Positions 40,735 to 49,232 of a DNA stretch of 64,000 nucleotides are shown here, piece after piece. Positions within the stretch are counted from its first letter, which is position 1; each line of letters starts with the position of its first letter. This stretch comes from an uncultured Spirochaetota bacterium (GTDB lineage Bacteria; Spirochaetota; UBA4802; UBA5550): positions 160,001-224,000 of the forward strand of contig CAWHAA010000010.1 in assembly GCA_963827275.1 (NCBI GenBank). Reading direction: 5' to 3'. Below the pieces are notes generated by a model that saw only the letters and a list, made by a program, of their open reading frames with translations, ran no database searches and had not been told where the DNA came from. Position numbers and translations under genes: made by a program.

Positions 40735-41505
40735 TTATATCACCTTGGCTTCGTTCTTTAATTTCTCAACCAGCTTCGCGGCCGCGGTCGCGGCGTCGCC
40801 CTGAATGATCTCCGCCTTGTGCTCGGATACAGGGAAGTACATCTTGATGAAATCGGTCTTTGACGCGGCTGATGCGCCCATGTCGGAGGCCTTCTTTACA
40901 TCAAGGCGTTTTTTCTTGGCTTTCATGATGCCGGGAAGGGTCGGGTACCGCGGCTCGTTGATACCTGATTGCACGGTGAGGACCGCGGGCGCGCTCATTT
41001 CAAGCACTTCGTTCAGACCGCCTTCGAGCTCCCGGTTGACCGTGAGGGCCGTCCCGTTTACTTCCAGCTTCTTGACGTTGGTGCAGTGCGGCCACCCCAT
41101 CAGGTCGGCGAGGGTTACGCCGGTCACCGCGGCCTGGTCGTCTTCCGCCTGTACGCCGGTAAGGACGAGCTCAACGCCGCCGATGCTTTCGATTGCTTTC
41201 TGCAGTGTCGAGGCAACGACAAAATTGTCGCCGGCTTCCACCGCGGGGTCATTCACATGGATGCCCCAGTCCGCGCCCATCGCGAACGCCTGCCGGATAT
41301 CCTTCGCTGCCCGATCGGGCCCGCAGGTTACGATTACGACCTCTCCGCCGAACTTTTCTTTCAGCTGGAGGGCTGCTTCGACGGCGTAGTTATCGAAATC
41401 ATTGATTTTGAAAGCGATCTGCGATTCATCGATTTTTTTGTCTTCAAGGATTTTGAATTTTGATTCCATGTCAGGAACCTGTTTAAGACAGACAGCTATC
41501 TTCAT
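40735..41505 (-). CDS. etfB: Electron transfer flavoprotein beta subunit
   Basis: VCLKQVPD, AMGAD and NEPRYPTLPGIMKAKKK motifs. Confidence 0.96.
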   Translation of the reverse strand: MKIAVCLKQVPDMESKFKILEDKKIDESQIAFKINDFDNYAVEAALQLKEKFGGEVVIVTCGPDRAAKDIRQAFAMGADWGIHVNDPAVEAGDNFVVASTLQKAIESIGGVELVLTGVQAEDDQAAVTGVTLADLMGWPHCTNVKKLEVNGTALTVNRELEGGLNEVLEMSAPAVLTVQSGINEPRYPTLPGIMKAKKKRLDVKKASDMGASAASKTDFIKMYFPVSEHKAEIIQGDAATAAAKLVEKLKNEAKVI

Positions 41506-41796
41506 CTCCTTACTCCCCTTTTTAAAATTTTGATAATAGAACCAGTATGAAATTCAATAATTATACATTTTTTTCGCGCCGCTGCGGGCGGGCGGGTAAA
41601 AATGGTTATAATTATTAATTATGCACTACATCTGCCAAAAAATAAGTCCGCGCCTGGGTTGGGCAATTTATGAACAATGTTGTAAACATATATTTAATTG
41701 TCAATATTAATAGGCATCGGGATTTCATTTTTTCGCGCCGTCACTTTGATGGCGGGGTCATCTGACTCCGCCTTCATGGTGCCCCGCCACGACGTA

Positions 41797-43494
41797 CTAT
41801 CCGATCAATTCCCGCACCTTCTCAACGAGATCGTCTTTTTTCACCTTCATCACATCCCCGCCCTTTCTCAGCTTCACCTCTGCCTCACCGGTCTGGAAGT
41901 AGGTCTTTCCCACGGTGATCCTCACCGGTATCCCGACAAGGTCCGCATCGGCGAACTTGATGCCGGGGCTCGCCCTGCGGTCGTCATAGAGCACATCAAT
42001 CCCCGCCGTGCAGAGCATATCGTATATCGCGTCGGTCGAAGCGGTCTCCTCATCGCTCTTGCCGAGCCCCACCAGGTGCGCGTCAAAGGGGGCAATCGAC
42101 GCCGGCCAGACGATGCCCTTCCCGTCGTTATGCTGCTCCACTACCGCCGCCATGGTGCGGTTCACGCCGATGCCGTAGCACCCCATGACGGGCGTGACCT
42201 TCCCGCCGTTTTCATCGAGCACGGTTACGTTCATGGATTTTGTATATTTATATCCGAGCTTGAATATGTGCCCCACCTCGATCCCCTTCTTCACATACAT
42301 GGGAGCGCCGCACCGCGGGCACGCGTCGCCCTCCTCCGCGCAGGTGATGTCCGCCTCTTCCCTGATGATGAAATCGCGGCCCGGGTTCACTCCGTCGAAA
42401 TGCACGTCTTTTTTGTTCGCCCCGGTTATGCCGTTCGCGATATTCTTCACCGTTATATCGAATATGATCCTGATGTCCTTCTTTGTCACCGGGCCGGCAA
42501 ACCCCACCGGTGCGCCGGTGACTTCCTCCACGACCTGGTCCGGCGCAAGATCAAGCTGTACCGCGCCGGCCGCGCGGGCCAGCTTCTGCTCGTTGATCTC
42601 GCGCCCGCCGGGCACGACCGCCATGACGGGCGCGCCGTCCGCCTCGTAAATAATGCTTTTCAGGAAGCGGTCAGGCTCGCACGCGAAGAAGCGGGCCAGC
42701 TCGTCAATGGTCTTCACATCGGGCGTGGGGACCTCCGTCATCTCCTTTTTCTGCACGTCAGGAGCGGCGTCCGCGCGCCGGTACTCCGCCTTTTCACGGT
42801 TGGCCTTGTACCCGCACCCGCCGCAGAGCAGGAGCGTCTCCTCGCCCACCTCCGACGCGACCATGAACTCCTCCGAGTTGCTGCCGCCCATGGCGCCGGT
42901 GTCCGCCTCGACCGGTATGGTGTCAAGCCCGCACCGCTCGAACACGCGGCGGTACGCGGACCTCATTGCCTGGTACGAAGCCTCAAGGCCCTTCTCGTCC
43001 ATGTCGAATGAATAGGCGTCCTTCATGATGAATTCCTTGCTCCGTATCACGCCGAAGCGCGGCCGTATTTCGTCGCGGAACTTGGTGTTGATCTGGTAGA
43101 CGTTGACCGGGAGGTCGCGGTATGACGAGATGATGCCGCGCACCGCGCCGGTGAAGGCTTCCTCGTGTGTCGGCGCCAGCGCGTATTCCTGCCCGTTGCG
43201 GTCGCGGATGCGGAACATCTCCGGGCCCATGCTGTCCCAGCGCCCCGACTCCTTCCAGAGGTCCGCCGCGGTCAGCTCGGGCATCAGGAACTCGAGGGCG
43301 CCGGCCCGGTCCATCTCCTCGCGCACGATGCCGATTATCCTGCGCAGCACGCGCCAGCCCAGCGGCAGGTATACGTACATGCCTGCCGATTCCTTGCGGA
43401 CCAGGCCCGCGCGCACCATGAGGCGGTGGCTCAGCACCACCGCGTCGGAGGGGTCTTCTTTCAGTGTGGGGAGGATGTATCTGGATAGTCTCAT
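41797..43494 (-). CDS. proS: Proline-tRNA ligase (with editing domain)
   Basis: LAPTHEE, KFRDEIRPRFG, IEVGHIFKLG and MGCYGIGV motifs. Confidence 0.97.
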   Translation of the reverse strand: MRLSRYILPTLKEDPSDAVVLSHRLMVRAGLVRKESAGMYVYLPLGWRVLRRIIGIVREEMDRAGALEFLMPELTAADLWKESGRWDSMGPEMFRIRDRNGQEYALAPTHEEAFTGAVRGIISSYRDLPVNVYQINTKFRDEIRPRFGVIRSKEFIMKDAYSFDMDEKGLEASYQAMRSAYRRVFERCGLDTIPVEADTGAMGGSNSEEFMVASEVGEETLLLCGGCGYKANREKAEYRRADAAPDVQKKEMTEVPTPDVKTIDELARFFACEPDRFLKSIIYEADGAPVMAVVPGGREINEQKLARAAGAVQLDLAPDQVVEEVTGAPVGFAGPVTKKDIRIIFDITVKNIANGITGANKKDVHFDGVNPGRDFIIREEADITCAEEGDACPRCGAPMYVKKGIEVGHIFKLGYKYTKSMNVTVLDENGGKVTPVMGCYGIGVNRTMAAVVEQHNDGKGIVWPASIAPFDAHLVGLGKSDEETASTDAIYDMLCTAGIDVLYDDRRASPGIKFADADLVGIPVRITVGKTYFQTGEAEVKLRKGGDVMKVKKDDLVEKVRELIG

Positions 43495-43560
43495 GCTGTC
43501 ACCTGCTCTCTGTGTGCGGGTCCATGCCCCGAACCGATAAATTTGCTGTCAGCCTGACAC

Positions 43561-43664
43561 GGGATGCGGCATGTCACGACGAGCAGGCGACACGGATGTC
43601 GCCGGCAGCCCCGTTATACATGGATGTATATACGGGGCGGAGCGAGTGTGATATGCCGCATCCC
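43561..43664 (+). ncRNA. Branched palindromic element with two GGA-loop hairpins
   Basis: Outer stem GGGATGCGGCATGTCAC/GTGATATGCCGCATCCC encloses GGCGACA-CGGA-TGTCGCC and TATACA-TGGA-TGTATA. Confidence 0.55.
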
Positions 43665-43744
43665 CTATGCCGGCAAAAAAGTCCTTGCGTTACATGATCA
43701 GTACACCTGAAAATCCATGTCAATACTTTTTGGATACCCGTACC

Positions 43745-44443
43745 ATGCACCGCATAGCAATAATCAACCCCGACGCGTCCGAGGGGATACGAAAAAATTT
43801 GATGGGACTCGACCTTGAGCCGATACCCGTGCCGAAGAGTGCCCTGGTTCCACGCCCGATTTCCGGCCATCCGGACCTGCAGGTCTTCGTCCATGACGGC
43901 CGGGTCTTCTGCCATCCGGATATTTCACCCTCATTCATTTCAAGCATTGAAAAAAACGCCGAGGTCATCGTGTGCGGGACCCGGCTTGCCGGGGATCACC
44001 CGGGCGACATTCCGTACAATATCGCCTGCGCCGGCGGCCGCGCCTTTCATCACCGAACCGTGATCGATCCGACCATCAGGGAGTACCTGGACGCACATCA
44101 CATCACCCGCATCGCCGTGCGCCAGGGCTATGCGAAATGCTCTGCGATGATCGTTGATGACAGCGCCATTGTGACCTCCGATGTTTCCATACATGGGGCA
44201 GCCGCCGCATCGGGGATTGCATCGCTCCTGATACGCCCCGGGTCTATTGAATTGCCCGGATACAGGTATGGATTTATCGGCGGGGCGACCGGCACGCTGG
44301 AAGACGCGGTGCTCTGCACCGGCGGGCTTGAACATCATCCTGATTATGAAAATATATCGGCGTTTATCGCGGGGCGGGGTAAAAAATTCGTCCCTCTCGA
44401 CCGCGGTCCCGCGATCGACCTGGGAACCATTTTCATCATATGA
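43745..44443 (+). CDS. DUF6873-like protein (amidinotransferase/GME fold)
   Basis: GHPDLQ, DIPYN, QGYAKCS, TSD, GYRYGFIGGATG and DLGT motifs. Confidence 0.7.
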   Translation: MHRIAIINPDASEGIRKNLMGLDLEPIPVPKSALVPRPISGHPDLQVFVHDGRVFCHPDISPSFISSIEKNAEVIVCGTRLAGDHPGDIPYNIACAGGRAFHHRTVIDPTIREYLDAHHITRIAVRQGYAKCSAMIVDDSAIVTSDVSIHGAAAASGIASLLIRPGSIELPGYRYGFIGGATGTLEDAVLCTGGLEHHPDYENISAFIAGRGKKFVPLDRGPAIDLGTIFII

Positions 44444-44482
44444 GCGGCGGCGCCCCGGCGGCGCCGCGCCCTTCCTGCATGG

Positions 44483-44935
44483 TCATTTTGTCAGCTTGAA
44501 GCTCGTATTGTATTCAACGTAGGTCTGCGCCACCATGTCCCGTATGGTGATCTTGACCGCGCAGACACCGGCCTGCTGAACGGACCCTATCGGGATCTGG
44601 AAATACATGGGGACCATGTCCTCGTTGGTCGTCGACCCGTCGACAAGGTTTTTCTTTTCAAGGCTGAGGGCCGGGACGCTGAGGTCGGCCTGCACGATAA
44701 CGAGGTTCTCGTCATTTGGACTGAGCCCCTTCATCTCGAGGTTGATGAAAACCGTCTCCCCGGCCTTGAAGATCTTGTCCTGTTTCATCGGGCCGTATTT
44801 TTCAAGGGATATGCTCGTGAGGTTGACCTTTATCACCTTTGATTTTTGAAATTGGGCCGGCACCGGCTGGTCCTGGGCCGAAATCGACACCGAAATCAAC
44901 AATAACGCAGCCAGAGAGAGCGGTAATCGTTTCAT
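44483..44935 (-). CDS. Hypothetical secreted Ig-like protein
   Basis: Signal peptide and beta-sandwich pattern. Confidence 0.65.
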   Translation of the reverse strand: MKRLPLSLAALLLISVSISAQDQPVPAQFQKSKVIKVNLTSISLEKYGPMKQDKIFKAGETVFINLEMKGLSPNDENLVIVQADLSVPALSLEKKNLVDGSTTNEDMVPMYFQIPIGSVQQAGVCAVKITIRDMVAQTYVEYNTSFKLTK

Positions 44936-45034
44936 TAAAATTCTCCACAAATTGAATATTATTTCCTGGTTCTTCTTTCCATAACCATATAAAAAATAGT
45001 CGAAATTTTCAACTCATTTTTTTATGATGCCTGT

Positions 45035-45589
45035 ATGAAAGAGACTATCCCTGTCCCGTCAGAGGACGAATGCTTTGCGATCATGAAGCGCTACAACATG
45101 CGCGACAACATTATGCGTCACTCGGTGCAGGTGATGAACGTCGCCATGGCGCTGGTGGCAAACCTCCGCGACCCGGGCACGGTGCAGCCGGGCCTGGTGC
45201 GGGCAGGAGCGCTCCTCCATGACATCGCGAAGACGAGGACTATCGAGACGAAGGAGATGCGCCACGACACGATCGGCGGGGAGATCATGCGCGGGCTGGG
45301 ATACGGCGCGATCGCGGAGATCGTCGAGTCCCATGTCGTGTTCGAGGGCTTCCGTCCCGACGGCGTACTCGAGGCGCGCGAGCTCGTTTTTTACGCCGAC
45401 AAGCGGGTCATGCACGAGTCGATCGTATCGATCGACGCGCGGGTCGATGACCTGGTGGAGCGCTACGGGGTGAACGAGCGGATCGTGAAGCTTATCACGG
45501 AGAACAAGGACTTCGTGCTGGAGGTCGAGAGGAAGATACAGGGCTTCCTCGTCCGGGACATCGGCGAAATAGTGGCCGGCCTATGCTGA
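45035..45589 (+). CDS. HD-domain protein
   Basis: HSVQV, ALLHDIAK, SHV and YADKR motifs. Confidence 0.88.
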   Translation: MKETIPVPSEDECFAIMKRYNMRDNIMRHSVQVMNVAMALVANLRDPGTVQPGLVRAGALLHDIAKTRTIETKEMRHDTIGGEIMRGLGYGAIAEIVESHVVFEGFRPDGVLEARELVFYADKRVMHESIVSIDARVDDLVERYGVNERIVKLITENKDFVLEVERKIQGFLVRDIGEIVAGLC

Positions 45590-47232
45590 GGTACTGCATC
45601 CTCGACTGCTACGTGGATGAGCCTGCCTGCTTCGGGGTCCCTCCCTTCATCTCCCCCTACCCCCGCTACATGTACGGCGCCCTCGTGGACGCCGGCGCCG
45701 ATGAATCAGCGATCGTTTACCGTACCATAGACACGCTCAGGGAACGCGAGTACCGGCTGGATGAGACCTACGCAATGGTATTCCTCGTGGGCGGGGCGGT
45801 CGTGCCCGGCAGGTACCTCGGGAGCAAAATCGGGACTGCCGCCGAGATACGGCGCATCGCGGAGCGCAACCCCCGCCAGGACTTCGCCGTCGGCGGCCTG
45901 ATAAGCCACGTGCTGCAAGGAGCCCCCAACGTCACGCTCGTAAGAAACGACATAGAGAAGTTCGCTCATTGCTACGCCCGCGGCGCCGCGTCGGACGCGC
46001 GCCGTACGGCCGCCGAGATAGCCCGGTGGTCACTGCCCGGTGCCGCGGTGGTGCGGCGCCATCCCCGGTTCCCCCACGTCATCTGCGAGATAGAGACCTC
46101 GCGCGGGTGCCCCCGGGAGAACCACTGCGCCTTCTGCTCGGAAGGACTGTTCGGGCCTGTTGAATTCAGGGAGCCGGAAGATATCATCGCGGAAATCGAC
46201 GCCCTGATCGCCGCCGGCGTCTCGCGGTTCAGGCTTGGCCGCCAGGCCGACATCCTCCAGTACCGGTCAGACTGCTCTTCGTATACCGACGGCTTCCCGA
46301 GGCCCGTGACCGGGCCGATACGGCAGCTCCTGGCCGCGCTGCGCGCGCGGGGCGACCGCGGGCTCATACGCGTCCTGAACATCGACAACGCCAATCCCGG
46401 CACGATCGCCCGCTTCCCGGAGGAAGCGTCGGTCATACTGGAGGACCTTGCCGCGACCGTCACCCCGGGCGACACGCTGGCCCTGGGCGTCGAATCGTTC
46501 GATGAGCGCGTTGTCCGCGCAAACAACCTCAAGGTATCCGCCGAAGGCGCCGCCCGGGCCATCGAAATCATCAACGGCATCGGCGGGACCAGGCGCGGCG
46601 GGCTTCCCGCCCTCCTCCCCGGCGTGAACCTCCTCCACGGCCTCGATGGAGAAACGGACGGCACCTTTGAGATCAATTACCGCTGCCTCGCGGAAATCAT
46701 GCAGCGGGGACTTCTTGTCAAGCGGATCAACATCCGCCAGGTCCTTCCCTTTCCCGGGACGCCGCATTACGGAAAAAGGACCCGCGCCTCGACCGCGATC
46801 GAAAACAGGTTCAGGTATTACCGGGATAAAATACGTTCGGACATAGAAAATCCGATGCTCGGAAAGATATATCCGCCGGGCACCGTCCTCCGTGACAGCC
46901 AGGTGCTGGAAACCAGGGCGGGATACTCCTATGGCAAGCAGATCGCCAGCTACGCCATCACGGCGAAGTTCCCCCTCGAGCTCCCTTTGATGGGCTTCCT
47001 TGACGCGATGGTGGTGGACCACCGCGAGCGTTCGCTCACGGCGCTCCCCTTTCCCGCTGATATAAACACCCTGCCGCAGAAGGCGCTTGAGCTGGTGCCG
47101 GGCATCGGTAAAAAGAGGGCGGCGGATATCATTCTCAAAAGGCCTTTCAGGAACCTCGACGAGGCGCGGGAGATGCTGGGGGACGTTGCGGAGGATGTCA
47201 AGAAGGGGATGATGGCGGGATCCCGGCACTGA
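45583..47232 (+). CDS. Radical SAM protein with C-terminal helix-hairpin-helix (COG1031-like)
   Basis: ILDCYVDEPACFGVPPFISPYPRY N-terminus, RGCPRENHCAFC cluster motif, IDNANP, RINIRQV and VPGIGKKRA HhH. Confidence 0.85.
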   Translation: MLRYCILDCYVDEPACFGVPPFISPYPRYMYGALVDAGADESAIVYRTIDTLREREYRLDETYAMVFLVGGAVVPGRYLGSKIGTAAEIRRIAERNPRQDFAVGGLISHVLQGAPNVTLVRNDIEKFAHCYARGAASDARRTAAEIARWSLPGAAVVRRHPRFPHVICEIETSRGCPRENHCAFCSEGLFGPVEFREPEDIIAEIDALIAAGVSRFRLGRQADILQYRSDCSSYTDGFPRPVTGPIRQLLAALRARGDRGLIRVLNIDNANPGTIARFPEEASVILEDLAATVTPGDTLALGVESFDERVVRANNLKVSAEGAARAIEIINGIGGTRRGGLPALLPGVNLLHGLDGETDGTFEINYRCLAEIMQRGLLVKRINIRQVLPFPGTPHYGKRTRASTAIENRFRYYRDKIRSDIENPMLGKIYPPGTVLRDSQVLETRAGYSYGKQIASYAITAKFPLELPLMGFLDAMVVDHRERSLTALPFPADINTLPQKALELVPGIGKKRAADIILKRPFRNLDEAREMLGDVAEDVKKGMMAGSRH

Positions 47233-47249
47233 CCTGCACCGGTTTTATT

Positions 47250-47413
47250 CCCCCCTGTCCCCCGTAGGGGGCACGAATCAGCGGACTGAATATCGATTTA
47301 GCTTTTGATACGATAACGTAAGAGTTATATAGGAAAGGTTTGATTCTGCATGCCCCCTCCGGGGGACAGGGGGTCGGTTTGATCCTTCACGCCCCCTCCG
47401 GGGGACGGGGGGG
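47250..47413. repeat. REP/MITE-like cluster of three CCCCCTGTCCCCC-GGGGG units between convergent genes
   Basis: 47250-47280 is inverted relative to 47341-47373 and 47380-47413; a related unit lies at 7077-7098. Confidence 0.75.
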
Positions 47414-47423
47414 CGTCTCACTA

Positions 47424-47750
47424 TCAGTACTTCTTCCTCTCCCGGTTGTGGTTGAGGCGGTTCATGACATAGAGCGCGGCGTAGGCCCCGATGAACCCCG
47501 CGATCACATCGACGCCGATGGTCATCGAGAGGAACTCAAGGATTTTCGCGACGATATTAAAGAACAAGAAATCGAGAACGTACACCCCGATGATGGCGCC
47601 TATGGTGCCGACGACGAGCCCGCCGACATATCCCCCGAAGAGGTCCCTTCTCTTCATGTTGTAATAGATGGACGAAACCAGCGCACCGAGGGCCACGCAA
47701 ATGGCGATGGCTTTCAACACATTTAAAAAACTCCACAATCCTTCCGGCAT
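47424..47750 (-). CDS. Small membrane protein (GlsB/YeaQ-like)
   Basis: Three TM segments with VVGTIGAIIG Gly motifs. Confidence 0.65.
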   Translation of the reverse strand: MPEGLWSFLNVLKAIAICVALGALVSSIYYNMKRRDLFGGYVGGLVVGTIGAIIGVYVLDFLFFNIVAKILEFLSMTIGVDVIAGFIGAYAALYVMNRLNHNRERKKY

Positions 47751-47863
47751 GATGCAACCTCTCTGCTTCTATCGCGCCGGCCCGCGCTGCGCGCACCGGC
47801 CGGACAAAATTATTCCATAAAAAACATGGTGCACATAATCAGCACCACGGCGGACATGTCCAT

Positions 47864-48469
47864 CTAAAAAAATATTTCTCCCTTGCCTTCCCTGATGACG
47901 ACCGGCTCACCCTCGGTGAGATCAACGACCGTTGACGGCCGTGACACCTTCGGGCCGGCGTCTATGACCAGGTCCACCTCGTTCCGGTATATCTTCTCGA
48001 GGTCTTTCGGCTCCACGATGTACTCCCCGCTTACGGAGTTCACGCTTGCCGACATGATGGGCCTGCCCAGCGCGCGCACCAGATCGAGCGCGATGTTGTT
48101 GTCGGGGATCCTTACCCCGATCGTTTTCTGGTTCGTGATGGCTATCCGCGGCACCAGCCTGGTCGCCTTGAAAACCAGCGTGTACGGGCCCGGGAATGCC
48201 TTCTTCATTATTTTAAACGCCCTGTCTGATATGTTTCTGGCATATTCGCTTATACCGGAAATATCGCTGAACATGAAACTCAGCGGCTTGTTGCGGCCGA
48301 TTCTTTTTATCCAGTATATCTTTTCAATTGCATGCTTGTTGTTGATATCGCACCCGTAGGCATACACCGTGTCAGTCGGGAAAATGATCACGCCGCCTTC
48401 CTTCAGCACTTCCACGGCCTTCTCGATCAGCCGCTTCTGCGGATTCTGTTCATTAATTACAAAAATCAT
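47864..48469 (-). CDS. Sua5/YrdC/YciO-family threonylcarbamoyl-AMP synthase-like protein
   Basis: FPTDTVY, PGPYT, IGVRIPDN and PSTVVDL motifs. Confidence 0.92.
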   Translation of the reverse strand: MIFVINEQNPQKRLIEKAVEVLKEGGVIIFPTDTVYAYGCDINNKHAIEKIYWIKRIGRNKPLSFMFSDISGISEYARNISDRAFKIMKKAFPGPYTLVFKATRLVPRIAITNQKTIGVRIPDNNIALDLVRALGRPIMSASVNSVSGEYIVEPKDLEKIYRNEVDLVIDAGPKVSRPSTVVDLTEGEPVVIREGKGEIFF

Positions 48470-48570
48470 CCTTATTTCTCATTGCGCAATATATACTACA
48501 TTATCGTACAGGAGTAAGTATAAATTTAATTAAACAAAAACATCTTTTAAGTCAGGGGAATGATGCGGAC

Positions 48571-48613
48571 AAACAAAAAAGGCTTTTGCAGGAGTGCGCG
48601 CTGCAAAAGCCTT
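48571..48613 (-). terminator. Strong intrinsic terminator with no upstream minus-strand CDS
   Basis: 13-bp stem AAGGCTTTTGCAG/CTGCAAAAGCCTT followed on the minus strand by TTTTGTTT. Confidence 0.7.
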
Positions 48614-48791
48614 CAACCTGGTAAATTATGATAGGAGTGTATCATTAATAATCATTAGTATGATCGGGCGTAATGAGGAATTACTTGATTACTTTTTTGG
48701 ATGAATTTTTAAAAATTTATTATATTACATTGAATTTGTTGATTCTCGCCCCCTCCATGCGACGGGGGATTCAAGAATGATCGCACATGTG

Positions 48792-48820
48792 TTGAAAAAA
48801 AATGCTTGCTAAAATAAAAT
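48792..48820 (+). promoter_or_regulatory. Sigma-70-like promoter for the DUF1573 gene
   Basis: TTGAAA-N17-TAAAAT. Confidence 0.55.
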
Positions 48821-48862
48821 CGAGCGACTATTGGAACATATGCAACGAGGAGGCTTTTCCCG

Positions 48863-49228
48863 ATGAAAAAATTTCTCTTTCTCCTGCTCATCCCGGCCGC
48901 GCTCTACTGCAACGGGAAGCCGAAAATCGTATTCGATACGCCCACGCACGATTTCGGCAAGCAGGAACAGAATGTTGAATTGAAACATATTTTTATCTTC
49001 AAAAATGCCGGCGACGGGACACTCCTGATAGATAAAATAGTTCCCGGTTGAGGCTGCACCGGCGTCCTTCTCTCAAAGAAGGACATCCCTGCCGGAGGCA
49101 GCGGACAGATTGAAGTTTCATTAAAAACCGGCTCACATACCGGAAGGATCAGCAAATCGATCATGGTATATTCAAATGATCCGGCACAGAAAACCGTCAG
49201 GCTGGTCATATCGGCCGATGTAAAATAG
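48863..49228 (+). CDS. DUF1573 (Ig-like) exported protein with in-frame UGA; candidate selenoprotein
   Basis: HDFG...FIFKNAGDGTLLIDKIVPG-[TGA 49049-49051]-GCT...IPAGGSGQIEV...KSIMVYSNDP...VK*. The frame continues to TAG at 49228; the family motif is CGCT. Confidence 0.8.
49053..49102 (+). promoter_or_regulatory. SECIS-like stem-loop immediately 3' of the UGA
   Basis: Nested pairs GCTGC/GCAGC, CCGGC/GCCGG and GTCCTTCT/AGAAGGAC; CTCAA loop starts after a 20-nt gap from the UGA. Confidence 0.5.
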
Positions 49229-49232
49229 GATT

